Source: an uncultured bacterium | GTDB lineage: Bacteria; Hydrothermota; UBA3073; NMUJ01 | Direction: 5' to 3' | NCBI GenBank assembly: GCA_965612795.1 | Contig: CBFDTI010000020.1 | Span: forward strand, 1-19,324 | DNA length: 19,324 bases | Part shown: in pieces, positions 1 through 8,273 of the stretch | Layout: each line of letters starts with the position of its first letter | How positions within the stretch are numbered: position 1 is the first letter of the stretch | The notes under the pieces: generated by a model | The model's input: the letters and a program-made list of their open reading frames with translations, nothing else | Told to the model about the DNA's origin: nothing | Database searches by the model: none | Position numbers and translations under genes: made by a program

Positions 1-408
1 GTCACGAAATAGTTTGATGTGGTTCGCAGCCCCCTGTGCGGCAGGGTTAAGCTGTATGTTTAGGGTAAACTCTCCTGCACCTACCACAAGGTCGTAACGT
101 GCCCAGTATAGGATGATACCATTTACATCCTTGGCTACAATGTAGAGGACCACCGCTATATCCTTGGGCAAGGTTACGGTGAAAGTTACAGATACATCGG
201 TTGCACCAACTTCTTTGGTGTAACGTAATGTGTCGATATCCTCACCGGTGATCTCAAGTACAACTGTGTGGATGTAAGGACGTGCACCACCCTCGGGCAA
301 CTGTATAGTGATCGTGTAAGTGCCTTCGTTTTTAGTTATCTTGCACCCAGTAATAAGTACGGTAAGAGCGGTACCCACTATCATTAAATATGAAAGAAAA
401 CGACCCAT
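1..408 (-). CDS. Putative lipoprotein, 3'-truncated by the window edge; not in the ORF track
   Basis: Hand translation from ATG at 408: MGRFLSYLMIVGTALTVLITGC-KITKNEGTYTITIQLPEGGARPYIHTVVLEITG..., open for 136 codons to position 1. Basic N-terminus, hydrophobic stretch and lipobox-like ITGC. AAGGAGG Shine-Dalgarno at 419-413. Confidence 0.8.
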   Translation of the reverse strand, partial: MGRFLSYLMIVGTALTVLITGCKITKNEGTYTITIQLPEGGARPYIHTVVLEITGEDIDTLRYTKEVGATDVSVTFTVTLPKDIAVVLYIVAKDVNGIILYWARYDLVVGAGEFTLNIQLNPAAQGAANHIKLFRD

Positions 409-425
409 TATACCTCCTTCTTAAT

Positions 426-508
426 AAAATAAATGAGAGGGTAAAAAGTCAACCGTTAAACCCTCTTATACATAACGGTGGTTGACATTTTGGATTAAAC
501 ATTATCAT
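426..508. promoter_or_regulatory. Divergent sigma70-like promoter pair between the lipoprotein gene and the fusA paralog
   Basis: Plus strand: TTGACA 482-487 and TATCAT 503-508. Minus strand: TTGACT 452-447 and TATTTT 431-426. The two -35 boxes lie in an imperfect inverted repeat (gtcaaccgtta 448-458 / taacggtggttgac 473-486). Confidence 0.5.
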
Positions 509-530
509 CTTCCAGATATTAGGAGGAATT

Positions 531-2501
531 ATGACAGATGTAGGTAAAAAGGGGTTACGTAATGTAGCATTGGTGGGTCAGAGTGGTGCTGGTAAGACAT
601 CGTTGGGTGAGTCTATGTTATACAAAGCTAAGGTGACCACACGTAAGGGTGATGTCGCCAAGGGTACGTCGGTACTGGATCATAATCCTGAGGAGATAGA
701 ACGTAAGATATCGATATATCTATCGATTGCGTATCTGGGGTGGAATGGTAAGCTTATAAACCTCATAGATACACCAGGTTATGTGGATTTTTGGGGTGAG
801 ACACTCTCCGGTATCCGGGCTACTGATAATGTGATATTTGTGTTGGATGCAACCACACCTATCGCCTATAGTACAGAGGAGGCATGGGAAGTGGTGCAAA
901 AATATAAGCTACCATCCATAATATTTGTTAACAAAATAGCGACCGAGCATGCAAATTTCGACCAGATATTGGAACAGGCAAAGGAGTTATTCGGCAACAA
1001 GGTAGCCCCTATATACTATCCAGACGGTGTGGGTAAGGAGTTTCGTGGGTTGAAATCTGCGTTAGTGGAGGATTCACCCTATTATGAACAGCTTATGGAG
1101 AGTGTTGCCGAAAGTACGGACGAACTTACCGAAAAGTATTTAACTGAAGGTACATTATCTCACGAAGATATCCGTAAAGGGTTACGTGAGGGTATAAAAG
1201 CTGGTACGATAATACCGATGTTGGTGGGTGAAGCTCTACAGGATGTAGGGACGGAAGAGTTGCTCAACTTCATAGCTGAGTACTTACCTGCACCTGATGA
1301 GCTACATTCTGATGATGGGTTATATGCGTTTGTGTTTAAGTCACGATATGATCCGAAATTCGGCATGTTACGTTATGTGCGTGTATTTTCGGGTACATTA
1401 GAGGCAGGTAGTGAGGTGTTCAACCTTACACAGAAGCAACCCGAAAAGATCAACCAGATATACTTGGTACAGGGTAAAGAGCGTAAGGAGGTGGACCAAC
1501 TTACGCATGGTGGGATAGGGGCGCTTGTTAAGTTGAAGGTGACAAAAACCGGTGATACCTTAGCAAGTGATTCAAGTAAAGAGCCATTACCTGCGATCGA
1601 GTATCCTACTCCATACGCAGCGATTGCGATACAACCACGTACGAGCCAAGACGAGGAACGTATATCAACCGGCCTGGGTAGGCTTAACGAGGCAGATCCG
1701 TCATTCCAAACCTATTATGATGTAGAAACACGTCAACGTATAATTAAAGGGATAGGTGAATTGCATCTGAACGTGATATTGTCCGAACTCAAACGTAACT
1801 TTAACGTTGAAGTGAAAACCGAACGTCCGAAGATACATTATCGTGAGACAATAACGAAGGTGGTAGAGGTACAAGGTAAATACAAGAAACAGACCGGTGG
1901 TCGTGGTCAATATGGGGATTGTTGGGTAAGATTTGAACCTCTACCACGTGGACAGGGGTTTGAGTTTGTCGATAAAATTGTAGGCGGTCGTATACCGGCG
2001 AAGTTCATACCAGCGGTAGAAGAGGGTATAAAGGAGCAGATGCAGAAGGGGTTGTTGGCAGGGTACCCAATGACCGACATGCGTGCAGTACTTTATGATG
2101 GTAGCTTCCATCCAGTGGACTCGTCTGATATCGCATTTAAAGTGGCGGGTGGGCTTGCATTACGTAACGCTAAGGATAAGTTGGGGTTAGTGATACTCGA
2201 ACCTATACTGAAGGTCACAGTGATCGTACCTGAGGAGTACCTTGGTGATGTGATGGGTGATATTAATGCACGACGTGGTAAGATATTAGGTGTAGAACCT
2301 GCAGGTAAAGGAAAGTATCAGAAGATAAATGCGTTGATACCGGAAGCTGAAATGTATGGGTTTGGTTCATCGTTACGTGCGATGACACAGGGGCGTGCAT
2401 CATTCACACAAGAATTTGCACATTACGATGTGGTGCCACCACAAATACAGGAGAAAATAGTAGCAGAGGCACAACGTGAGCATGAAGAAAAGGGGTCGTG
2501 A
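531..2501 (+). CDS. fusA: Elongation factor G paralog (EF-G2/EF-G II type)
   Basis: G1 GQSGAGKT, G2 EEIERKISI, G3 DTPGY, GIGELHL, domain IV KKQTGGRGQYG and DGSFHPVDSSD, domain V LEPILKVTV...LRAMTQGRA. GHxxxGKT/DTPGH divergence and location outside the str operon indicate the EF-G2 class. AGGAGG SD at 521-526. Confidence 0.93.
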   Translation: MTDVGKKGLRNVALVGQSGAGKTSLGESMLYKAKVTTRKGDVAKGTSVLDHNPEEIERKISIYLSIAYLGWNGKLINLIDTPGYVDFWGETLSGIRATDNVIFVLDATTPIAYSTEEAWEVVQKYKLPSIIFVNKIATEHANFDQILEQAKELFGNKVAPIYYPDGVGKEFRGLKSALVEDSPYYEQLMESVAESTDELTEKYLTEGTLSHEDIRKGLREGIKAGTIIPMLVGEALQDVGTEELLNFIAEYLPAPDELHSDDGLYAFVFKSRYDPKFGMLRYVRVFSGTLEAGSEVFNLTQKQPEKINQIYLVQGKERKEVDQLTHGGIGALVKLKVTKTGDTLASDSSKEPLPAIEYPTPYAAIAIQPRTSQDEERISTGLGRLNEADPSFQTYYDVETRQRIIKGIGELHLNVILSELKRNFNVEVKTERPKIHYRETITKVVEVQGKYKKQTGGRGQYGDCWVRFEPLPRGQGFEFVDKIVGGRIPAKFIPAVEEGIKEQMQKGLLAGYPMTDMRAVLYDGSFHPVDSSDIAFKVAGGLALRNAKDKLGLVILEPILKVTVIVPEEYLGDVMGDINARRGKILGVEPAGKGKYQKINALIPEAEMYGFGSSLRAMTQGRASFTQEFAHYDVVPPQIQEKIVAEAQREHEEKGS

Positions 2502-3940
2502 TGCCATATAATTTAAGGAAAATTGACGATTATAGGTATATGATACCTAAAACCGGTGGTATGCGGGTGCCGGGGTTGATATATGCGAGCCCTAAGTTGT
2601 TACATCATATAGAGAGTGAGCGTACACCGGAACAGGTGATGAATGTGGCACATCTGCCTGGTATTGTTAAGTATTCGTTAGCTATGCCGGATATACATTG
2701 GGGATATGGGTTCCCCATAGGTGGGGTAGCAGCTATGGACACAGAGACAGGTGTGATATCACCAGGTGGTGTAGGTTACGATATCAACTGTGGTGTACGT
2801 GTGTTACGAAGTAGCCTCAGATTAAGAGATGTACAGCCGAGGCTCGATAGATTGTTGGCTAAAATCTACGAAAACATTCCGTGTGGGGTAGGTGAAAAAG
2901 GTAAATTACGGGTATCGGAACGTGAACTACGTGAGGTAATGGTTGAGGGTGCTAAATGGATGATAAAACATGGGTTGGGCAAACCCGAAGATATTGAACG
3001 TATCGAGGAAAACGGTGCAATCGCGGGTGCAAACCCGGACAAGGTATCACGTCGTGCGATAGAGCGTGGTAGGCCGCAACTTGGTACACTGGGGGCGGGT
3101 AACCACTTTCTGGAGATACAGGTGGTGGAGCAGATCTTCGACCCCAGTGTGGCTGAAGTTTTTGGTCTTGAGAAAGGTATGGTCACCGTGATGATACATA
3201 CAGGGTCGAGAGGGTTTGGACATCAGATCTGTGACGATTATGTACGTGTGATGGGTAGCGCTATGCAACGCTATGGTATAAGGGTGCCAGATCGTGAGCT
3301 TGCATGTGTACCGTTTAAGTCAACTGAAGGGCAAAGCTACTTTGGTGCTATGGCAGCGGCGGCCAATTTCGCATGGGCTAACCGACAAGCTATCACACAT
3401 TGGGTACGTGAAGCATTTGCAGAGGTGTTTGGTGAATCACCGGAATCGCTGGGGTTGGAAGTAATCTACGACGTAGCTCATAATATTGCGAAGATTGAAG
3501 AACATGAAGTAGATGGCAAGAAGATGAAACTCATAGTACATAGGAAGGGAGCGACAAGGGCGTTCGCGGCTGGTCATCCGCAGATACCCCAAGTGTATCG
3601 TGATGTTGGCCAACCTGTACTCATACCGGGTGATATGGGGACAGCTTCGTATATACTGGTGGGTACTGAGAAAGCGATGCAGGAGACGTTTGGTAGCACA
3701 TGTCATGGTGCGGGTAGGGTGATGTCACGGCATGAAGCCAAACGTCGTATTAGAGGTGAAGAGGTAGAACGGAGATTGGCCACCAAAGGTATTAAAGTAA
3801 GAGCTAAATCTTATAAAACATTGAGTGAAGAGACGCCCGAAGCCTACAAAGATATTGAGGCAGTGGTGGAAGCTGTTCACAACGCGGGTATATCACGTAA
3901 GATAGCACGTATGAGGCCAATAGGTGTGGTGAAAGGTTAA
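2501..3940 (+). CDS. rtcB: RtcB RNA ligase, long ~480-aa archaeal/eukaryote-like form
   Basis: MPDIHWGYGFPIGGV, GVGYDINCGVR, GTLGAGNHFLE, HTGSRGFGH, HNIAK, HRKGAT, PGDMG, STCHGAGR. ATG at 2501 overlaps the fusA stop (TGATG). The ORF track starts one codon earlier at GTG 2498. Confidence 0.96.
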   Translation: MPYNLRKIDDYRYMIPKTGGMRVPGLIYASPKLLHHIESERTPEQVMNVAHLPGIVKYSLAMPDIHWGYGFPIGGVAAMDTETGVISPGGVGYDINCGVRVLRSSLRLRDVQPRLDRLLAKIYENIPCGVGEKGKLRVSERELREVMVEGAKWMIKHGLGKPEDIERIEENGAIAGANPDKVSRRAIERGRPQLGTLGAGNHFLEIQVVEQIFDPSVAEVFGLEKGMVTVMIHTGSRGFGHQICDDYVRVMGSAMQRYGIRVPDRELACVPFKSTEGQSYFGAMAAAANFAWANRQAITHWVREAFAEVFGESPESLGLEVIYDVAHNIAKIEEHEVDGKKMKLIVHRKGATRAFAAGHPQIPQVYRDVGQPVLIPGDMGTASYILVGTEKAMQETFGSTCHGAGRVMSRHEAKRRIRGEEVERRLATKGIKVRAKSYKTLSEETPEAYKDIEAVVEAVHNAGISRKIARMRPIGVVKG

Positions 3941-3946
3941 CCCTTT

Positions 3947-4603
3947 ATGTCGATCTTGTTTGGCCCGTCACTGCTATCGGCGGATTTCTCCCGACTTAAA
4001 GAGGAAATCAGGCAGGTCGAACGTGGTGGGGCGGACTTTTTGCATCTCGACGTCATGGATGGCCATTTTGTACCTAATATCACGTTTGGGCCAATGATTG
4101 TTGAGGCAATAAGGAAGTTAACATCATTACCGTTGGATGTACACTTGATGATAGCACAGCCTGATAAGTATTGGATGCGGTTTAAAGTTGCGGGCGCTGA
4201 TTGGATAAGCTTACATGTAGAGACAGGTGTGACACCAGAGCTTATCAATGAGATGAGGAAGGAGGTTAAAACCGGTATAGCAATCAACCCCAATACTCCG
4301 TTGGAGGTGGTGGAGCCTTACATTGATGAAGTGGATTTCGTGCTGGTGATGACTGTCAATCCAGGGTTCGGTGGGCAGCGGTTTATTTCAACCCCATTAC
4401 AGAAGGTGAAGGAATTGAGCCAGCGTGGGGTGAAGGTTGAGGTCGATGGCGGTATAGATGAGGAGACCATCCACCATGTGTTGGAAGCAGGTGCCTCACT
4501 CATAGTGAGTGGTTCTTCCGTATTCAAAAGAGGTAACCCCTATGCACGTACCGTGTTTTTCAAAAGCATCATACAGAAGTTTGAAGCTTCGCGAGGTGGT
4601 TGA
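3947..4603 (+). CDS. rpe: Ribulose-phosphate 3-epimerase
   Basis: PSLLSADF, HLDVMDGHFVPNITFG, DVHLM, VMTVNPGFGGQ, VDGG motifs; starts 6 bp after the rtcB stop. Confidence 0.96.
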   Translation: MSILFGPSLLSADFSRLKEEIRQVERGGADFLHLDVMDGHFVPNITFGPMIVEAIRKLTSLPLDVHLMIAQPDKYWMRFKVAGADWISLHVETGVTPELINEMRKEVKTGIAINPNTPLEVVEPYIDEVDFVLVMTVNPGFGGQRFISTPLQKVKELSQRGVKVEVDGGIDEETIHHVLEAGASLIVSGSSVFKRGNPYARTVFFKSIIQKFEASRGG

Positions 4604-4626
4604 CCTTCCAATGGGTGTTTTAAATT
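4600..4626 (+). promoter_or_regulatory. Putative promoter for the 603-aa secreted protein
   Basis: TTGACC 4600-4605 (overlapping the rpe stop), 15 bp, TAAATT 4621-4626; GGAGG SD at 4634-4638. Confidence 0.4.
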
Positions 4627-4642
4627 TTAGTCTGGAGGTGAA

Positions 4643-6454
4643 ATGCGTTACGTGAGCTTAATAGTGGTGATAGGTTTAATGATGGGTTCATTACAAGCTC
4701 GTAATTTAGACAAGGTACCCCCATGTGAGAAGGTGGCGTATCCATTGGACTGGAAACGTCACACTATTGGTAAGCTATGGTTGGTGCTCACCAACATGGG
4801 TACAATAGGTGGTGCATGGGAGGCAGGCTATTCAGGATTACATGCGGAGTTTCCGCCAGGTTCGTTGGAAGAACACCTATGTGGTGCTGGTGTATGGATA
4901 GGCGCTATAGTTGAGGGTGAACCCTATGTTACCACAGGTTATGAGGGATGGGAAGGTCCATGGTTTGAATGTTATCCCACACAAAACGAATGGGATACAA
5001 TGTGGGTGGTGGAAACCGCTGACACGTTCTACGATATACCATACTGGACACCTTATGTTAAGGTATCGGCACAGGATTTTGTTGCCCGTTACTTTGACAA
5101 TACGAGGCTTGATATACCGTATCATCATCCATTGAATATCGAGATCATACAGCGTAGTTACTCGTGGGGTTATGGCTTCCTGCAGGATTTCATATATGTG
5201 GATTATAAGATAATAAATCTAAACGAAACTGATACACTACATCAAGCATATGTGGGATTTTTTGTCGATGGTGACGTGGGTAGGTTTACGGATCCAGCCG
5301 CAGGTGAACCTCATATTTGGGAGGACGATTTTACGTGGTTTGACCCCGACCGTATGATGGCTGTGATACAGGATGCACCCGGTGGGCCTGATGGTGATGC
5401 ATTGAGTCCGCTCGGCATAAGGATAATACAGACACCGGGTGATATGTCACAACTGCAGATGTCATTCCACTGGTATAGGGGTGAGGAATCGCCTCGGACT
5501 GATCGTGAGAGATACGATACGCTATCAAGCGGCGGGATAATGCCAAACCAGACACCTGAAGAGGCGATGGATACGAGGTTCCTGTTTGGGTTTGGGCCGT
5601 TTGAGATATTGCCGGGTGATACACTGCCGTTGACTGTAGCTGTACTATGTGGTGATGGTTTGAACGATTTCCTAAGTAATGCGGATTGGGCTGAAAGCCT
5701 TTACGTGTGGAACTTCCATGTACCGTTGCCACCACCGCCACCTAAGGTTACGGCATACCCAGAAGATAGGGCAGTACATCTTGTGTGGGATGATACACCT
5801 GAAAGTTACTACGATCCGTGGCGGTTGGATGGCAATAACTATCCATTTGAGGGATATAGGGTTTACAAAAGTACTTCAGGGGTGGGAGGTCCATGGACGT
5901 TGATATTTGAATGCGATCGTGCTGATAACCGATGGGGGTTCAATGTGGGGTTGACACACGAATTTTGGGATTATGGGTTACCCAATTGCATGCCGGTTTA
6001 TTATAGTGTTACGGCGTTTGCTGCACCGGATACGGTGTTCCAGCTGGAGGAGTTTCTCGAAAGCGCAGTGGAACAGAACATCATAGAGGTGCTGCCGGGG
6101 CCACCAGCTGATACCACTGGCAAGGAGAAGGTGATGATCATACCCAACCCATATCGTGGAGATTTTGACTATACATCCATAGGGTGGGAGTATCCACGAC
6201 CTGGCCTTGCATGGACTGAAGAGGATCGGCGTATTGTATTTATGAACCTGCCGCCACATTGTAAGATAAGGATTTACACGTTGGGTGGCGATCTGGTGCG
6301 AGAAATAGAGCACAACGATCCGGTGGTGGGTTGGGAGAGCTGGGATCTGCTTTCGAGTGAGCACCAAGCTATCGCACCTGGCATATATATCTATAGTGTA
6401 GAGAACCTCGATACCGGTGATGTACAGGTGGGTAAGTTTGTTGTGATAAAATAG
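4643..6454 (+). CDS. Secreted protein with FN3-like domain and C-terminal FlgD-Ig/T9SS-CTD-like sorting domain; function unknown
   Basis: Signal peptide MRYVSLIVVIGLMMGSLQA; Pro linker and FN3-like segment (PPPPPKVTAYPEDRAVHLVWD...FEGYRVYKS...YYSVTAF); C-terminus IIPNPY...IVFMNLP..CKIRIYTLGGDLVREI...WDL...APGIYIYSVE...GKFVVIK. Acidic and aromatic-rich. Confidence 0.8.
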   Translation: MRYVSLIVVIGLMMGSLQARNLDKVPPCEKVAYPLDWKRHTIGKLWLVLTNMGTIGGAWEAGYSGLHAEFPPGSLEEHLCGAGVWIGAIVEGEPYVTTGYEGWEGPWFECYPTQNEWDTMWVVETADTFYDIPYWTPYVKVSAQDFVARYFDNTRLDIPYHHPLNIEIIQRSYSWGYGFLQDFIYVDYKIINLNETDTLHQAYVGFFVDGDVGRFTDPAAGEPHIWEDDFTWFDPDRMMAVIQDAPGGPDGDALSPLGIRIIQTPGDMSQLQMSFHWYRGEESPRTDRERYDTLSSGGIMPNQTPEEAMDTRFLFGFGPFEILPGDTLPLTVAVLCGDGLNDFLSNADWAESLYVWNFHVPLPPPPPKVTAYPEDRAVHLVWDDTPESYYDPWRLDGNNYPFEGYRVYKSTSGVGGPWTLIFECDRADNRWGFNVGLTHEFWDYGLPNCMPVYYSVTAFAAPDTVFQLEEFLESAVEQNIIEVLPGPPADTTGKEKVMIIPNPYRGDFDYTSIGWEYPRPGLAWTEEDRRIVFMNLPPHCKIRIYTLGGDLVREIEHNDPVVGWESWDLLSSEHQAIAPGIYIYSVENLDTGDVQVGKFVVIK

Positions 6455-6506
6455 TATTCTCGCTACTTTGCAGATATAATGGCGAGGCTTTGATAAGTGT
6501 ATGAAG

Positions 6507-7115
6507 CTATTCTACTATAGTAATAGCGAAGGCAAATTTTGATCCTGCTGCACCAAGGTCTTCGTACTCCTCTGAGGTGATCAAACAGGACATACGGGTT
6601 ATGGATAGGTCAACCCAAATATTAGATGACAATATATAAGATAAACCGATCCCTGCATCTAAGCCAAAACCGAACCCATTTATACTCTTTTTACCATCTA
6701 CGGGTGATTCCCAACTTGTGATAAAATATGGGAGATCAAAGCCTAACCTAAGATAAGGTGATAGAGGTAATTTATGTATCTTTATCCTTAATTTCCCATA
6801 GGCGATGGTTGGTATAACTTTGAAAGTTACTGAATTATCCATCCCAGTGGCCTTGGCTTGCCAATACCCAGCTTCAACACTGTAGTTCCAGTTTAAGGTA
6901 CCTAAATTACCCAACCCCGTGCTTTTCCAGGTCTGTTCTACCTCGATATCGAAAGCTATGCCAGTTCCGAACTTTGCATCAGTACCGCAGTTTGCGGTGA
7001 TAAAGTCATCCGAGGGTGTATCCAATGAAAGCATGCCCACCCTTACTGCCAAACCTATACTATTAGCTGTTCCACAAATAAAAGCTCCTAGTACTAATAA
7101 ATAAAAATACCTCAT
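6507..7115 (-). CDS. Exported protein, probable small (about 8-stranded) outer-membrane beta-barrel
   Basis: Signal peptide MRYFYLLVLGAFICGTANS; alternating amphipathic strands (YSVEAGYWQ, SPYLRLGFD, GFGFGLDAGIGLSY, IWVDLSIT); AGGAGG SD at 7125-7120. Confidence 0.65.
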   Translation of the reverse strand: MRYFYLLVLGAFICGTANSIGLAVRVGMLSLDTPSDDFITANCGTDAKFGTGIAFDIEVEQTWKSTGLGNLGTLNWNYSVEAGYWQAKATGMDNSVTFKVIPTIAYGKLRIKIHKLPLSPYLRLGFDLPYFITSWESPVDGKKSINGFGFGLDAGIGLSYILSSNIWVDLSITRMSCLITSEEYEDLGAAGSKFAFAITIVE

Positions 7116-7140
7116 AATACCTCCTAATCACCATCTGTTT

Positions 7141-7248
7141 AAACTAAGGGTGAATAAAAGCTTGTCAAGTACTCCACGATTAGATATTGCTGTCTTAATA
7201 TGCAAAAAGATAATGAATCTATTGACCAACCCACCCGCTTCATATTTT
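7141..7248. promoter_or_regulatory. Divergent promoter region between the beta-barrel gene and the TPR gene
   Basis: Minus strand: TTGACA 7168-7163, 16 bp, TAGTTT 7146-7141. Plus strand: TTGACC 7222-7227, 15 bp, TATTTT 7243-7248. Confidence 0.4.
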
Positions 7249-7258
7249 TATTTTGAGG

Positions 7259-7933
7259 ATGGCAAAAAAGAAGAAAAAGAAGCTCACCCGCAAAGAGTTA
7301 AAACGCGATGTATTTACAGAAACACTTATTAACTACTGGGTGAAGGTTAAGCATACACCTTCGCTGTTGGTGTACCCTATACTTGGGATAGTGGCAGTTA
7401 TAGCGTTAGGTATATACTTGCAGAGGGCTAAGCAACACCGTATATCGCAAGCTTATACGTTATATTTCAATGGCCAATATTACTATATGTCCAACGATTT
7501 CGATAATGCTGAATCACAATGGAAAAGATTGATCGATACCTATCCAAACCATACGATTGCACAACGTGCTATGTACTTTTTGGGTAACATAGCCTATTTT
7601 CGTGGTAAGTACGAAGAGGCATGCACCTACTACGAGGAGCTGCTACAAAAATGTAAAGATAAAGAACTACGTGCATCCGCTATGATGGGGATAGCGGATT
7701 GCTATCTTGCGGAGAACGATCCGATCAGTGCGAAGGAGAAATACCTCGAACTTGTGGATAAATACCCCGAAAGTGTACTGGCACCATGCGCACTTTATCG
7801 AGCAGCTCTATGTGTAGCTGATACTAACGAAAGGAACCACATTTTACGTCGACTTTTGGAGGAGTACCCCAGAAGCAACTATGCGAAACTTATACGTGCA
7901 CGCTATCCGGTTTTGGGTTTGAGTAAGGAATAG
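7259..7933 (+). CDS. Membrane-anchored tetratricopeptide-repeat protein (YfgM/CpoB/BamD-like)
   Basis: Basic N-terminus MAKKKKKKLTRKELKRD, one TM helix (LLVYPILGIVAVIALGIYL), TPR repeats (AMYFLGNIAYFRGKYEEACTYYEELL; LVDKYPES; LLEEYPRS). ATG 7259 preferred over TTG 7253. Confidence 0.82.
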   Translation: MAKKKKKKLTRKELKRDVFTETLINYWVKVKHTPSLLVYPILGIVAVIALGIYLQRAKQHRISQAYTLYFNGQYYYMSNDFDNAESQWKRLIDTYPNHTIAQRAMYFLGNIAYFRGKYEEACTYYEELLQKCKDKELRASAMMGIADCYLAENDPISAKEKYLELVDKYPESVLAPCALYRAALCVADTNERNHILRRLLEEYPRSNYAKLIRARYPVLGLSKE

Positions 7934-8250
7934 ATTTTCTCCAGTGCAGCACGTTCTTTACGTTTGGCGTCCGCATAATCCTTAAGTGCAGCCATAAGGT
8001 CGGGCGTCTCCTCCCAGAGTATGTCTATGCTATCGGTACGTTTGGGTTCTTCACCCTTAAGTAACCAATCAATGGATACACCACCCAGCTCACTTATCTT
8101 GATGAGCATATCGTACGGAGGTAACCTCCTATTTTCGTAATTCCAAACCGCTTGTACTGTGCAGCCAAGTTTTTCGGCAAACTCACGTAGGGTGAACCCT
8201 AATTTTTCGCGTACTTGACGTATACGTTTATGGATGGCAGATTTGTCCAT
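7903..8250 (-). CDS. XRE/Cro-CI family helix-turn-helix transcriptional regulator
   Basis: RIRQVREKLGFTLREFAEKLGCTVQAVWNYENRRLP...ISELGGVSIDWLLKGE is an HTH_3 signature, followed by a short helical C-terminus. Confidence 0.9.
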   Translation of the reverse strand: MDKSAIHKRIRQVREKLGFTLREFAEKLGCTVQAVWNYENRRLPPYDMLIKISELGGVSIDWLLKGEEPKRTDSIDILWEETPDLMAALKDYADAKRKERAALEKIYSLLKPKTG

Positions 8251-8273
8251 TATTTAATAATCCACTAAAAATA

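Noticed and set aside
6459..6486. Hairpin CTCGCTA-N14-TGGCGAG between convergent genes as a terminator
   Set aside because: Seven-bp stem with a G-U pair, a long loop and no proper U tract; too weak to call.
7150..7332. 60-aa ORF upstream of the TPR gene
   Set aside because: Spans the divergent promoter region, overlaps the TPR gene out of frame, and has no RBS or motif.
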